Below, in pieces: positions 1 to 9,380 of a stretch of DNA of 64,000 nucleotides (positions within the stretch are counted from its first letter, which is position 1; each line of letters starts with the position of its first letter). The notes beneath the pieces are model-generated. The model searched no databases, was not told where the DNA came from, and saw nothing but the letters and a program-made list of their open reading frames with translations. The stretch comes from Clostridia bacterium (lineage in GTDB: Bacteria; Bacillota; Clostridia; Oscillospirales; CAG-272). The stretch covers positions 2,240 to 66,239 of the forward strand of contig JAFUKI010000122.1 of assembly GCA_017467815.1 (NCBI GenBank). The letters are read 5' to 3'. A program made the position numbers and the translations under genes.

Positions 1-92
1 TGGTATTGGCTAAAATCATCGCCGCTTAAGGTTTTGTTTATTAACTTGTTAAAATCCTCTTTGCGGTATTTGTCCGGAATATTAATGCTCAT
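1..92 (-). CDS. 5' end of an unidentified ORF that runs off the window edge and is translationally coupled to hsdS
   Basis: The ATG at 92..90 overlaps the hsdS stop (ATGA). The ORF reads MSINIPDKYRKEDFNKLINKTLSGDDFSQYQ. Only about 30 codons are visible, so no product can be assigned. A complete type I system needs HsdM and none is seen elsewhere in the window. Confidence 0.35.
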   Translation of the reverse strand, partial: MSINIPDKYRKEDFNKLINKTLSGDDFSQY

Positions 93-1372
93 TTAATTAC
101 CTCCTCAAGCGAGGGAAACAACTGTTGAAGCAGTCCTTCTTTGTGTTTATTTAAAGCTTCCACTCTCTGTTCTTGTTTGATTATTAGTTCATCTACGCTT
201 TTTAAAAACAGAGCAATTCTTTCTTGTTCTTTTGAATTGGGACACACAGGAACAGGCATATTCATAAAATCATCTGTGGAGATATTGATACGGTCATGCC
301 TTGCGCCCATATTAGATTTTCCGTTTATATATTGATGCCATAAAGTGGTTTTGAAATAATATTCATAAAAATCATAATCCTCATCTCTAAACCGGAAAAC
401 AGTGTACAAAGGAGATATGATACCTTTGCCTATTTTGTTTTTTGAAATAGGGCCAACTGGAGCTACCGTTGAAATACGAGGATTATAAACATAATCACCC
501 TTTTCTATGATCGAATAATTCGAAAGATTGTTTTCACTAACAATTTCTCTTTCAAAATATTTATTTTGCTCTATTACACCATTAATAGCGGAGTTGGTAA
601 AAACCCGTTGTATGTTGTTATCTCTGTTTTTTGAAATAACTCGCTCAGCTACATCCGATAACTTAACATATTTCCACGATCCCGAGGTACTAAACTCACA
701 AAATCTGTATACAGGTGAAGATTGATTTCTTGTTGGAAAGAGTTTTTGCATCAAACCCACTTTGTGTTTTTGCAAAGCTTTAAGTCTATTATTTTCTACG
801 CTGATAAGGTCATCAAGACTTTCAATGCAATCTGCGATTTTTTGCTGCTCCGCAGTTTCTTTTGGGGTTGGCAAAACAATGTTAAAAAAGTCATCAGCGT
901 TGATATTCAACAATCCATTGCTTCTTGCTCCGCTTGTGATATGTTTTGTTAACTGTTTACCATGAAAGTTGTTTTCAAAATATCCTTTATAGAAGTCAGA
1001 AACAACATCATCATGAAATCTGAAACTAATAAACGCATTGGGAACTGCAGCTTCTTCATACTCATTTAACTCGTAAATGCATCCTTGCGGGAACTTTTTT
1101 GAATTTCCCTTATTGTAAGAAAAATCTCCCTTTTTGATACGAATATAGTTTCTGTATTGATTTCCCGATATATCACGATCGAATTTTTCTGCTTGAGAAA
1201 CAAAACCAACACCCGCAGAGATGCTTAATGTAGTTAGTTTTTTCGTTCCAACTTTATCTGTAATTCTATCCGACAGTTGAATCAATGCAAGTTCAATCCA
1301 AGTTTCACTTGATTCAAACTGAGGAAATCGTTTTCTTGGAACGATTTTTAATTTTTTATCACTCATATGCAT
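89..1372 (-). CDS. hsdS: Type I restriction-modification specificity subunit HsdS
   Basis: 427-aa ORF with two variable target-recognition halves. Each half is followed by a conserved coiled-coil repeat (LDDLISVENNRLKALQKHKVGLMQKLFP and VDELIIKQEQRVEALNKHKEGLLQQLFP), the typical HsdS architecture. Its start overlaps the hsdR stop. Confidence 0.9.
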   Translation of the reverse strand: MHMSDKKLKIVPRKRFPQFESSETWIELALIQLSDRITDKVGTKKLTTLSISAGVGFVSQAEKFDRDISGNQYRNYIRIKKGDFSYNKGNSKKFPQGCIYELNEYEEAAVPNAFISFRFHDDVVSDFYKGYFENNFHGKQLTKHITSGARSNGLLNINADDFFNIVLPTPKETAEQQKIADCIESLDDLISVENNRLKALQKHKVGLMQKLFPTRNQSSPVYRFCEFSTSGSWKYVKLSDVAERVISKNRDNNIQRVFTNSAINGVIEQNKYFEREIVSENNLSNYSIIEKGDYVYNPRISTVAPVGPISKNKIGKGIISPLYTVFRFRDEDYDFYEYYFKTTLWHQYINGKSNMGARHDRINISTDDFMNMPVPVCPNSKEQERIALFLKSVDELIIKQEQRVEALNKHKEGLLQQLFPSLEEVIK

Positions 1373-4361
1373 TCAACCCCACAATTTCATGTCCGTTTGC
1401 TAATTTTTTTAATAACGGAATCAAATCTTCCATTAATTCGAGCTCTTTTCTTGTACGAGCTTTCCACCCCAGTTCTAATGGTGCCAACAGATCACTCAAT
1501 TTTTCTCCATCAAAAATCATACGGTCAATAATTTCGTCGATGAAACTGTTGAGAGACTGAAGTTCAATGTCATGCTTTTCTGCAATTGACGATATTGCAT
1601 TAGCATTCTTTTCTGCCTTGAATTTTTGATAGCCGTCTTTTATTTCTTGTTCATTTAATGCTTCGCCAATTTTGAGTGTATTAATGTACGCAATAATATC
1701 TTCACGCTCATCCATCAGATTAGAGGAAGAACAAAGCAGATCAACAAGTTGTTGTTTATTCATCTTCTGCTTCTTGGGCTCACTCTGTGTGTATTTAGAT
1801 ATAAGTCCCATGATGTAATCATAATCAATAATAGCAGAAGAGAACAAGACAAATTCGAAGTCAATATCGTCAATTTCCGGTTTGCGCTCTTTACCCTTGC
1901 CTTGCTGTTCTTTCAATCTTTGAGCGGTATCAATATATACACCTCGAAACGCACGTAACGTATCCTTGGGCAACAGTTCTTCGATACGTGCTGCATCTTC
2001 TTCCTTCAGTTCGGTGTACTGTTCCAGCTGTGTTTTAAAGCGCTGTACTTCCTTGAACCGCTGAATAAACTCGCTGCGTGCAATATCACCTTTAAGGTTG
2101 GCAACTTCCTCCGGTTTACATTCAAGCTCCTGAGAAGACATGAATTTTTCAAGATCATCAATCGCCTTATCAAATTTTTCGATAACAACGGGAGCAGGAT
2201 CGACGAGCCAAATTTCCTTCGCACGAGAACTGTTTTGTTTTCCTGAGAACAATGCGATTGCCTCGTCCACCTCTTTTTCCTGTCCTCTAAAGTCAAGAAT
2301 ATTGCCGTATGGCTTTGTACCGTTTAGAATTCTATTAGTTCTTGAAAAAGCCTGAATGAGGCCGTGATGTTTCAAATTCTTATCTACATACAAAGTGTTT
2401 AAGAATTTTGAATCAAATCCGGTTAGCAACATATCAACAACAATGGTAATATCAATTTTGTTCTTATGAGGATAGTCTGCGTTAGAATACTGCTGATCCT
2501 TAATTCTTTTTTGAACGTCTTGATAGTACACATCGAATTCAGAAATGCTGCTATTTGTGCCATATCTCCTATCATACTCATGCATGATTTTTTGCAGAGC
2601 TTGTTTCTTTTTGTCAGGTTCAACCGAGTTATCCTTTTTTTCCTGAGGAAGATCATCTTGGATTTGCTGAATATCCTTATTACCTTCTGCAGGGGGCGAG
2701 AATACGCATGCGATGTTTAAAGGCGTGAAATCACTATTCGTGTTTTTGATATACTCAGACTGCATAGAAGTAAACAAATCGTAGTATTCTATTGCATCAT
2801 TAATCGAAGATGTTGCTAAAATTGCATTGAATCTTCTTCCGGCAGTTACAATATCATGCTTGGACAAAATGGTTTCTACAACAGCCTTTTTATGTGCCAA
2901 ATCCGAAGGCTTTGTGGATTTTCCATTGGCATCAGGTTTGAAATAGTCAATGTGGAAACGCAAAACATTTTTATCATCGATTGCATGGGTGATGGTATAT
3001 TCATGAAGTTCTTTTTCAAATATATCCTTTGTTGTCGAATAAGAACCTATTGTGCCATCGATTTGCTTATATGTTGCATTGTCCTCAAAGATGGGAGTTC
3101 CTGTAAATCCAAAGAGCTGTGCGTTAGGGAAAAACTCTTTGATTGCCTTGTGATTTTCACCGAACTGAGAACGATGACATTCGTCAAAAATAATAACGAT
3201 ACGCTTATCTCGCAAAGGTGCCAAACGCTCTTTGTATGTCATTTCTCCCTTTTTCTTCTTCGCTTGATTTCGCTTGCTGTCATCATCCAGTGCCAATCCT
3301 AATTTTTGTATCGTAGTAACGATAACTTTATCACGATAATTATCCGAGAGAAGGCGTTTGACCAGTTTCTCGGTATTCGTATTTTCTTCAACACATCCTT
3401 CTTGGAATTTATTGAATTCCTCACGTGTTTGTCTATCAAGGTCTTTTCTGTCTACAACAAATAAACACTTTGCGATGTCCTTGTTATCTTTAAGAAGAGT
3501 AGATGCTTTGAACGAAGTTAGTGTTTTTCCGCTTCCTGTGGTATGCCAAATATATCCGTTGCCGCGATTCTGTTCGATGCAATCCATGATTGCGCGAACA
3601 GCATAAATCTGGTAAGGACGCATAATCATCAATTTTTTCTCACTCGCGACCAACACCATATATTTGCTAATTAATTGACCAAGTGCACATTTGCGAAGCA
3701 ATGTTTGTGAGAAGTCGTGCAAATGAGAGATCTTTTTATTGTTTTCATCTGCCAATTCGTATATGGGCAAAAAGCGCTCATCTGCGTTAAAGCAGAAGTG
3801 TTCCTTAGAATTATTTGCAAAATAATAGGTTTTGCTTTCGTTACTAACGATGAAAAGTTGAATAAAGCACAGTAGAGAGTTTGTATATCCATTTCCGGGA
3901 TCGTTTTTATACTCCACGATTTGCTCCATTGCCCTTCTCGGAGTAACCTGAAGAGCTTTCAATTCTATTTGCACGACGGGTACACCGTTTATAAGCAAAA
4001 TAACATCGTATCTATGATTACTGTTGTCTGTGTTAATACGCAGCTGGTTTACCACCTCAAAGTCATTCTTGCACCAATCGGTTGTATTAACGATGGTGTA
4101 CTGAAGAGGGGTATCGTCATCGCGTTTAAATGTATTTGTTTCTCGCAAGATTTTTGCTGCATCAAAAACATCAGCAGTAATAATACTTTCTTTCAAACGA
4201 TCAAATTCAGAATCGCTCAAATGAACTTTATTCAACTGTTCAAATTTTTGTCTAAAGTTAGCCTCAAGAGATGCTTTATCTCTAATATCATTTCTATATG
4301 TGTATTTTAGATCTTGCAGTTTTTCAATAAGGGACATTTCAATTTGATTTTCAGTTCTCAT
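1359..4361 (-). CDS. hsdR: Type I restriction enzyme R subunit HsdR (helicase/endonuclease)
   Basis: About 1000 aa with TGSGKT (helicase motif I / Walker A) and FDECHRSQ (DEAH-type motif II). The start was moved to the ATG at 4361, which has AAGGAG about 8 nt upstream; the track ORF begins 15 codons earlier. Confidence 0.93.
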   Translation of the reverse strand: MRTENQIEMSLIEKLQDLKYTYRNDIRDKASLEANFRQKFEQLNKVHLSDSEFDRLKESIITADVFDAAKILRETNTFKRDDDTPLQYTIVNTTDWCKNDFEVVNQLRINTDNSNHRYDVILLINGVPVVQIELKALQVTPRRAMEQIVEYKNDPGNGYTNSLLCFIQLFIVSNESKTYYFANNSKEHFCFNADERFLPIYELADENNKKISHLHDFSQTLLRKCALGQLISKYMVLVASEKKLMIMRPYQIYAVRAIMDCIEQNRGNGYIWHTTGSGKTLTSFKASTLLKDNKDIAKCLFVVDRKDLDRQTREEFNKFQEGCVEENTNTEKLVKRLLSDNYRDKVIVTTIQKLGLALDDDSKRNQAKKKKGEMTYKERLAPLRDKRIVIIFDECHRSQFGENHKAIKEFFPNAQLFGFTGTPIFEDNATYKQIDGTIGSYSTTKDIFEKELHEYTITHAIDDKNVLRFHIDYFKPDANGKSTKPSDLAHKKAVVETILSKHDIVTAGRRFNAILATSSINDAIEYYDLFTSMQSEYIKNTNSDFTPLNIACVFSPPAEGNKDIQQIQDDLPQEKKDNSVEPDKKKQALQKIMHEYDRRYGTNSSISEFDVYYQDVQKRIKDQQYSNADYPHKNKIDITIVVDMLLTGFDSKFLNTLYVDKNLKHHGLIQAFSRTNRILNGTKPYGNILDFRGQEKEVDEAIALFSGKQNSSRAKEIWLVDPAPVVIEKFDKAIDDLEKFMSSQELECKPEEVANLKGDIARSEFIQRFKEVQRFKTQLEQYTELKEEDAARIEELLPKDTLRAFRGVYIDTAQRLKEQQGKGKERKPEIDDIDFEFVLFSSAIIDYDYIMGLISKYTQSEPKKQKMNKQQLVDLLCSSSNLMDEREDIIAYINTLKIGEALNEQEIKDGYQKFKAEKNANAISSIAEKHDIELQSLNSFIDEIIDRMIFDGEKLSDLLAPLELGWKARTRKELELMEDLIPLLKKLANGHEIVGLNAYE

Positions 4362-4395
4362 AATAACATTCTCCTTTATTACAAACAGTGGATGA

Positions 4396-5283
4396 TTACT
4401 GAGCAATATTATTGCTAATCACATCCAAATACTGATCCAACCGCTTACACAAATACTCCCCAAACAGCCGTGCCATCTCGTTATGATCCTCAAATGCCTC
4501 GTAGTACCGCATCCGATCGGTAAACTTAATATCAATCGGCGGATAACCGGCTTTCATCAGTTCCAGATTCACGATCAGACGTCCGGTTCTGCCGTTGCCG
4601 TCGATGAACGGATGGATCGTCTCAAACGCGATATGAAGATCTGCAAGCTTCTCGACGATATTCCGCTCGTCAGCTGCATATTTCTGCATCAGCTCATACA
4701 TCTTCGGCTCGATCAGATACGGTTGTGCAGGCTCGTTCTTCGCGCCCATGATGCGGACGGGGACACGGCGGTATACACCGCGATCCATCGGCTTATCAGC
4801 CAACACGAGCGTGTGAATCTGCTTGATAACCGTTTCGGACAGCGGCACCTGATCCTTTACGAGATCGCATATAAAGTAGAACGCATCCTTATGACCGACT
4901 GCTTCCATGTGATCCTTCAGCGGCTTCTGGTCGATGGTCAAGCCCTTGAGTACCATATCCGTTTCGCGCAGGGTGAGCGTATTGCCCTCAATCGCGTTGG
5001 AGTTGTAGGTGTATTCGATCATAAAATCTTCATTGAGACGGGCAACTTCGCCTTCGGTCAACGGACGACGGGTATCCAGCTCCGCCTTTTTTCGCTCAAT
5101 CTGCACGATCAGCGTTTCTTTGCTGCGGATGCGTCCGTCTGCAGGCTTGGGCGCGTTGTCGGGGATGTACCAGATCTTGCCCTCGCGCCACGCGCCGTCG
5201 ATCTGTCCGTTCACGCACAGTACGCGGACACGGCGGGCGGTGATGCCCCATTTTTCAGCTGCTTCATGTGTTCTCATTGCCAT
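4396..5283 (-). CDS. Fic family protein (AMPylase-type core) with a small N-terminal HTH-like segment
   Basis: HPFIDGNGRTGR matches the Fic core HxFx(D/E)GNGRxxR. SNAIEG matches the (S/T)xxxE(G/N) inhibitory-helix motif upstream of the core. The stop lies 34 nt upstream of the hsdR ATG on the same strand. Confidence 0.9.
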   Translation of the reverse strand: MAMRTHEAAEKWGITARRVRVLCVNGQIDGAWREGKIWYIPDNAPKPADGRIRSKETLIVQIERKKAELDTRRPLTEGEVARLNEDFMIEYTYNSNAIEGNTLTLRETDMVLKGLTIDQKPLKDHMEAVGHKDAFYFICDLVKDQVPLSETVIKQIHTLVLADKPMDRGVYRRVPVRIMGAKNEPAQPYLIEPKMYELMQKYAADERNIVEKLADLHIAFETIHPFIDGNGRTGRLIVNLELMKAGYPPIDIKFTDRMRYYEAFEDHNEMARLFGEYLCKRLDQYLDVISNNIAQ

Positions 5284-5336
5284 ATATCTACACCTCTTCG
5301 TCTGTAAGAGTGAAATAATTATAATATATCAGTATA

Positions 5337-5365
5337 ATTATAGCACATTATCGGCACAATGTCAA
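5337..5365 (-). promoter_or_regulatory. Consensus sigma-A type promoter for Fic-hsdR-hsdS
   Basis: The minus strand reads TTGACA, a 17-nt spacer, then TATAAT. The -35 is at 5360..5365 and the -10 at 5337..5342, about 55 nt upstream of the Fic ATG. Confidence 0.7.
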
Positions 5366-5411
5366 TAATTTGAGGAATAATAGTTGTAATTGTGCGGTAT
5401 ATTGGCAAATC

Positions 5412-5464
5412 AAAAAAAAATAACTTCTGCAGATTTTAAGGTTTCCTCTAAATCTGCAGAAGTT
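5412..5464 (-). terminator. Rho-independent terminator after the vWA gene
   Basis: Perfect 15-bp stem AACTTCTGCAGATTT / AAATCTGCAGAAGTT (5422..5436 and 5450..5464). On the minus strand it is followed by a run of 9 T (5412..5420). Confidence 0.85.
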
Positions 5465-5480
5465 TTGTTTTACTTTCCTC

Positions 5481-6131
5481 TTACTTTTTCTTTCTGCTCT
5501 TGTAGTCCCGGTCAATCTCCACTTTCCAATCTGCCGTAAGCGGCTTCGCGCATCGAACATTTTTAATCGTTTCACTCATCACGGAATAATTGAGTGCGGT
5601 ACCTTCCTTGTCGCTGTGGTAGTTGACTGCTCTGTCTTTGGCAATTCCGATGTTGTTTGCCGTTTCCACCGCATCAATATTTGCACCGAGGAACAAGAAC
5701 TCCCATCTGAATTTTTCGGTCTGCCTCTGCACCATATTTTTGACTTTATCGGCGGTATACCTGTGGCTTGCATTTTCCATGCCGTCGGTTGTAATCACAA
5801 ACACCGTATGCTCCGGAACATCCTCTGGACGCGCGTATTTGTGGATGTTTCCGATGTGATGAATCGCGCCGCCGATTGCATCAATGAGCGCAGTACAACC
5901 GCCCACGGTGTAATCTTTATCAGTCATCGGCTGAATCGCCGCAAGCTCAACTCTGTCGTGGAGCACTTCGCTGACATTGTCAAACAGCACAGTAGACACA
6001 AAGCACTTGCCGTCAATCTTCTTTTGCTTTTCGATCATCGCGTTGAAGCCGCCGATGGTGTCACTCTCCAGCCCTGCCATAGATCCGCTGCGGTCAAGGA
6101 TAAATACGAGTTCGGTGATGTTGTTTTTCAT
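5481..6131 (-). CDS. Cytoplasmic von Willebrand factor A (vWA) domain protein, paralogue 1
   Basis: MIDAS-type DRSGSM near the N-terminus, and TTDGMENAS later. No signal peptide is apparent. The start was set to the ATG at 6131 (MKNNITELVFILDRSGSM), which has GAGAGG upstream; the track ORF starts 34 codons earlier. Confidence 0.8.
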   Translation of the reverse strand: MKNNITELVFILDRSGSMAGLESDTIGGFNAMIEKQKKIDGKCFVSTVLFDNVSEVLHDRVELAAIQPMTDKDYTVGGCTALIDAIGGAIHHIGNIHKYARPEDVPEHTVFVITTDGMENASHRYTADKVKNMVQRQTEKFRWEFLFLGANIDAVETANNIGIAKDRAVNYHSDKEGTALNYSVMSETIKNVRCAKPLTADWKVEIDRDYKSRKKK

Positions 6132-6208
6132 AATAAAAACCTCTCTTTCATTTGATGTCTGTATTTTACACCAAAATAAGGGAGGTTTGGTCGCATGGCA
6201 GGCGACAA

Positions 6209-6565
6209 TTATGGATTCAGTTTTTCTTTCCACTCGGCTTCCTTGAATCCAACGAGGACAAAATCTTGTCCGATAAGCAGCGGTCTTTTCACGAGCATAC
6301 CGTCGGTTGAAAGCAGATTCAGCATTTCTTCGTCGGTCATGGTTGGGAGCTTGTCTTTCAGTTCAAGCGACTTATAGAGCAGACCGCTTGTGTTGAAGAA
6401 TTTTTTCAGCGGCAATCCGCTTTTCTTATACCATTCTGTCAATTCTTCGAGGGTGGGATTGTCGAGCTTTATATCCCGTACTTCGTATTCGATTTTGTTG
6501 TCATCCAGCCACTTTTTCGCCTTTTGGCAGGTGGTGCACTTGGGGTAACAGATGAATTTTAACAT
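6209..6565 (-). CDS. ArsC/Spx family thioredoxin-fold protein
   Basis: 118 aa. The N-terminal YPKCTTCQKAKKWL carries a CxxC motif and the length is typical of the ArsC/Spx/YffB family. The start lies 4 nt after the macro-domain gene stop. Confidence 0.78.
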   Translation of the reverse strand: MLKFICYPKCTTCQKAKKWLDDNKIEYEVRDIKLDNPTLEELTEWYKKSGLPLKKFFNTSGLLYKSLELKDKLPTMTDEEMLNLLSTDGMLVKRPLLIGQDFVLVGFKEAEWKEKLNP

Positions 6566-6569
6566 TGTA

Positions 6570-7568
6570 TCACACTCCTAACAGACTTTGGTCAAAGGCA
6601 AACAACGCCTCGTTGATTTCGAAAATATTGTAATTCTCGTTTTTGATGAAATATTCAATGATGATGTCAAACTTATTGCTGTGCGACAGCGCAAAGCCTG
6701 CCTTCATCAGCATATCTTTTGTTTCGGCAAGGGAAAGTTCAAGTGAGATGGCAAAGGCAAGAACGGTCGGCTTTGAAGGCTTGTAGTTCACGTCACTGCG
6801 GATTTTCGAGAACAGCTTACGGTCAATGTTTGCCTTTTTATAGCACTGTGCATCGGTCATTCCCCTCTCGTCGATCTTGCGGAGAAGCATCTCGGAAAAG
6901 CTTTCATCCATCTGTGAAAGCGCATCGTCAAGCCCACTGCCGACTGCCATTGCCTTGCACGCACAAGCATCGTCAATTGCCATGATAGGCTTCATCAGCG
7001 CATTCATTCGAATACTTTCACGACGGTAATCGGTATGCTCGTCCACATAATGATCGTCTATGTATTCGGCAATGTCGGAAAAAAGCTTTTCTCCGATCTG
7101 ATACGCAGCTTTGTCGAAAATCACGATGTATACGGTCATCTCGTTTTCAAGGAGAAAGCTGCTGATCATATCGATCGCAACCTTCAGCGCCTGATCCTTA
7201 GGATAACTATACACGCCCGACGAAATCAGCGGAAACGCCACCGATTCACAGCCATACTCCTTTGCAAGCTGCAAGGAGGTTTTATAGCAACTTTCAAGTA
7301 ATGCTTGCTCGCCTTGATTGCCGTCCTTGTAGATTGGACCGACGGTATGTATGACGTATTTTGCCGGCAGGCGGTATCCTTTTGTTATCTTGGCGCATCC
7401 CGTCTTGCAGCCGCCAAGCGTGCGACATTCGGCAAGAAGGGCTGCTCCGGCAGCGCGATGAATACATCCGTCAACGCCTCCACCGCCGAGCAGAGATTCA
7501 TTGGCAGCGTTGACAATTGCATCCACCTGCATTTTGGTTATATCGTTTCGTATGATTTGTAGTGGCAT
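6570..7568 (-). CDS. MacroD-type macro domain protein (ADP-ribose binding/hydrolase) with a C-terminal HTH-like module of about 160 aa
   Basis: [22 protein letters not shown] is the canonical macro-domain ADP-ribose pocket signature. The C-terminal half ([23 protein letters not shown]...) looks like a small HTH-type module. Confidence 0.85.
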   Translation of the reverse strand: MPLQIIRNDITKMQVDAIVNAANESLLGGGGVDGCIHRAAGAALLAECRTLGGCKTGCAKITKGYRLPAKYVIHTVGPIYKDGNQGEQALLESCYKTSLQLAKEYGCESVAFPLISSGVYSYPKDQALKVAIDMISSFLLENEMTVYIVIFDKAAYQIGEKLFSDIAEYIDDHYVDEHTDYRRESIRMNALMKPIMAIDDACACKAMAVGSGLDDALSQMDESFSEMLLRKIDERGMTDAQCYKKANIDRKLFSKIRSDVNYKPSKPTVLAFAISLELSLAETKDMLMKAGFALSHSNKFDIIIEYFIKNENYNIFEINEALFAFDQSLLGV

Positions 7569-7618
7569 ATATACTCCTGTTTTCCGTTTTTATTCGATCT
7601 TATCTCGCCAACACTTCA

Positions 7619-8929
7619 TCACCGTTTGCTCGATACCATCCCCACTTCTTCAATCGCGTACAGCGGCAGATTGATGAGCCAATCTTCCTCTTTGTAGTCC
7701 GCCATTGAGGTACGGATGGAGCATTCGGGGGTGAATTTTTCTCTGTAAGTCTTGAGACTCTTTGTCTGCAGATTGATCTCCGCCTTAACCTCGACGGGGA
7801 TAACCTGCTCGCCGTTATCGATGACAAAATCTATCTCGCAGGAACCACGGTCGTTGGTGTAGTAGTAGACACCTAAATCCTCGATGGTTTTCAGCTGCTG
7901 ACACACATACTGCTCGGTCAGCGCACCCTTGAACTCTACAAATAAGTCGTTGCCGTCAAGAAGCGTACTTCCGCGAAGCCCCGTCATACAGCCGAGGAGT
8001 CCCACATCTACCACGAACAGCTTAAACGCTTTCAAATCCTCGTATGCTTTCAGCGGAATGCCTGCGGTGTTCACACGGCTGACCTTGTGGACGAGTCCGC
8101 AATCGGAGAGCCACATCAGTGCGGTTTCGTAATCTTTCGCACGGCTGCCCTCACGGACTAGACCGTAGATAAATTTTTTATTCTCCTTAGCAAGCTGAGA
8201 GGGGATACTGTTCCAAAGCATACGGATTTTTGGTACGATTTCGTGAGGTGCGTGCTTGGAAAAATCTTGTTCATAGGCAGCGAGGATACGTTTTTGAATG
8301 TCGCGTACCTCGTTGAAATCCTTATTGTCGGCAAAGCTCTGCACCGCCTCGGGCATACCGCCGACAAAGTAATAATGCTTCAGTGCGTCAATATAAGTCT
8401 GCTTGAAGCTGCTGACCATTTGGAAATCCTGTTTATCAAGCAGTTCTGCAAAGCGTTCCTTACCCATTGCCATCAGAAATTCCTTGAAGGATAAGGGATA
8501 GAGCTTCAAAAAGTCAACTTTGCCCACGGGAAAGGACGTACCGCCGTGCAGAGCGATACCGAGAAGCGATCCGGCGCACACAATGTGATACTGCGGCGCG
8601 TTTTCGCAAAAATATTTGAGAGAGGACAAGGCTCTCGGTACTTCCTGAACCTCGTCAAAAATCAGCAGAGTATTATCGGGATTGATTTTTTTGCCGGCGT
8701 AAAGCTCAAGCCCGAGCATAATGCGTTCTATATCCAGATCGGCAGAGAAAAGCTCGGACATTCTGGAGTTTGAGTCAAAGTTTATATATACGGTTTCGGC
8801 ATACGCCTGGCGGCCGAATTCCTTCATCAGCCAGGTCTTGCCTACCTGACGAGCGCCCTCGATAATCAGAGGTTTTCTGCGCTTGCTGTCTTTCCATTTT
8901 AATAATTTTTCAATTGCAATACGGTACAT
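7619..8929 (-). CDS. P-loop ATPase, AAA / DUF4143-type (COG1373-like)
   Basis: Walker A GARQVGKT, and Walker B-like LLIFDEVQ. The size of about 436 aa and the overall layout recall the standalone AAA+DUF4143 ATPases. Confidence 0.82.
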   Translation of the reverse strand: MYRIAIEKLLKWKDSKRRKPLIIEGARQVGKTWLMKEFGRQAYAETVYINFDSNSRMSELFSADLDIERIMLGLELYAGKKINPDNTLLIFDEVQEVPRALSSLKYFCENAPQYHIVCAGSLLGIALHGGTSFPVGKVDFLKLYPLSFKEFLMAMGKERFAELLDKQDFQMVSSFKQTYIDALKHYYFVGGMPEAVQSFADNKDFNEVRDIQKRILAAYEQDFSKHAPHEIVPKIRMLWNSIPSQLAKENKKFIYGLVREGSRAKDYETALMWLSDCGLVHKVSRVNTAGIPLKAYEDLKAFKLFVVDVGLLGCMTGLRGSTLLDGNDLFVEFKGALTEQYVCQQLKTIEDLGVYYYTNDRGSCEIDFVIDNGEQVIPVEVKAEINLQTKSLKTYREKFTPECSIRTSMADYKEEDWLINLPLYAIEEVGMVSSKR

Positions 8930-8959
8930 CTTTGCACCTCCATATAATTCTGCGAGTAT

Positions 8960-8988
8960 ATTATATCACACAATCACAAAAAATGCAA
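8960..8988 (-). promoter_or_regulatory. Near-consensus promoter for the ATPase-macro-arsC-vWA operon
   Basis: The minus strand reads TTGCAT, a 17-nt spacer, then TATAAT. The -35 is at 8983..8988 and the -10 at 8960..8965, about 30 nt upstream of the ATPase ATG. Confidence 0.6.
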
Positions 8989-9179
8989 CGACTTTTTGAA
9001 ATTATATCACATTTTATGCAACGAAAAAGGAATAAGCCGGATCGTACGAACTTACTCCTTGATGATATCCCTCATTTGACACACTTCCTGTCAGCACAAC
9101 ACAATACCACAGAAGGAAAAATAAGTCCAGATAACAACTGTTAACTTTGTTTAGAGCGGGATTTTATGTTCCGAAACGC

Positions 9180-9208
9180 TTGACAAACGACCGAATCAGA
9201 GGTACAAT
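9180..9208 (+). promoter_or_regulatory. Orphan near-consensus promoter with no ORF downstream
   Basis: TTGACA (9180..9185), a 17-nt spacer, then TACAAT (9203..9208). The next roughly 350 nt contain no credible ORF and end at the hairpin terminator at 9536..9568. Confidence 0.45.
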
Positions 9209-9319
9209 AACCCTAACAATCAGCTGATCATTCAGTTCATAGTATGCCGAAAACCGCATGAAAAAGGCTGAAAATGGCCGCAACACTACGACTTGAACCG
9301 CGAGTGTACTGCGATTTTA

Positions 9320-9380
9320 GTGCATAGTTAGTGCATACTATGAACAAAACCCGCCAAAAAAGCGGTGCATAAAGTGCATA
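9320..9380. repeat. Four direct copies of GTGCATA arranged as two pairs
   Basis: GTGCATA occurs at 9320, 9331, 9365 and 9374. The pairs have internal spacings of 4 and 2 nt and are 27 nt apart. Confidence 0.7.

Noticed and set aside
4483-5307. 274-aa plus-strand ORF covering the Fic gene
   Set aside because: It lies antisense to a gene with clear Fic motifs, has no RBS, and its Arg/His/Leu-rich composition is typical of a shadow ORF in GC-rich coding DNA.
5348-5575. 75-aa minus-strand ORF spanning the vWA terminator
   Set aside because: It runs through a perfect 15-bp terminator hairpin and the promoter region, so it is not plausible coding sequence.
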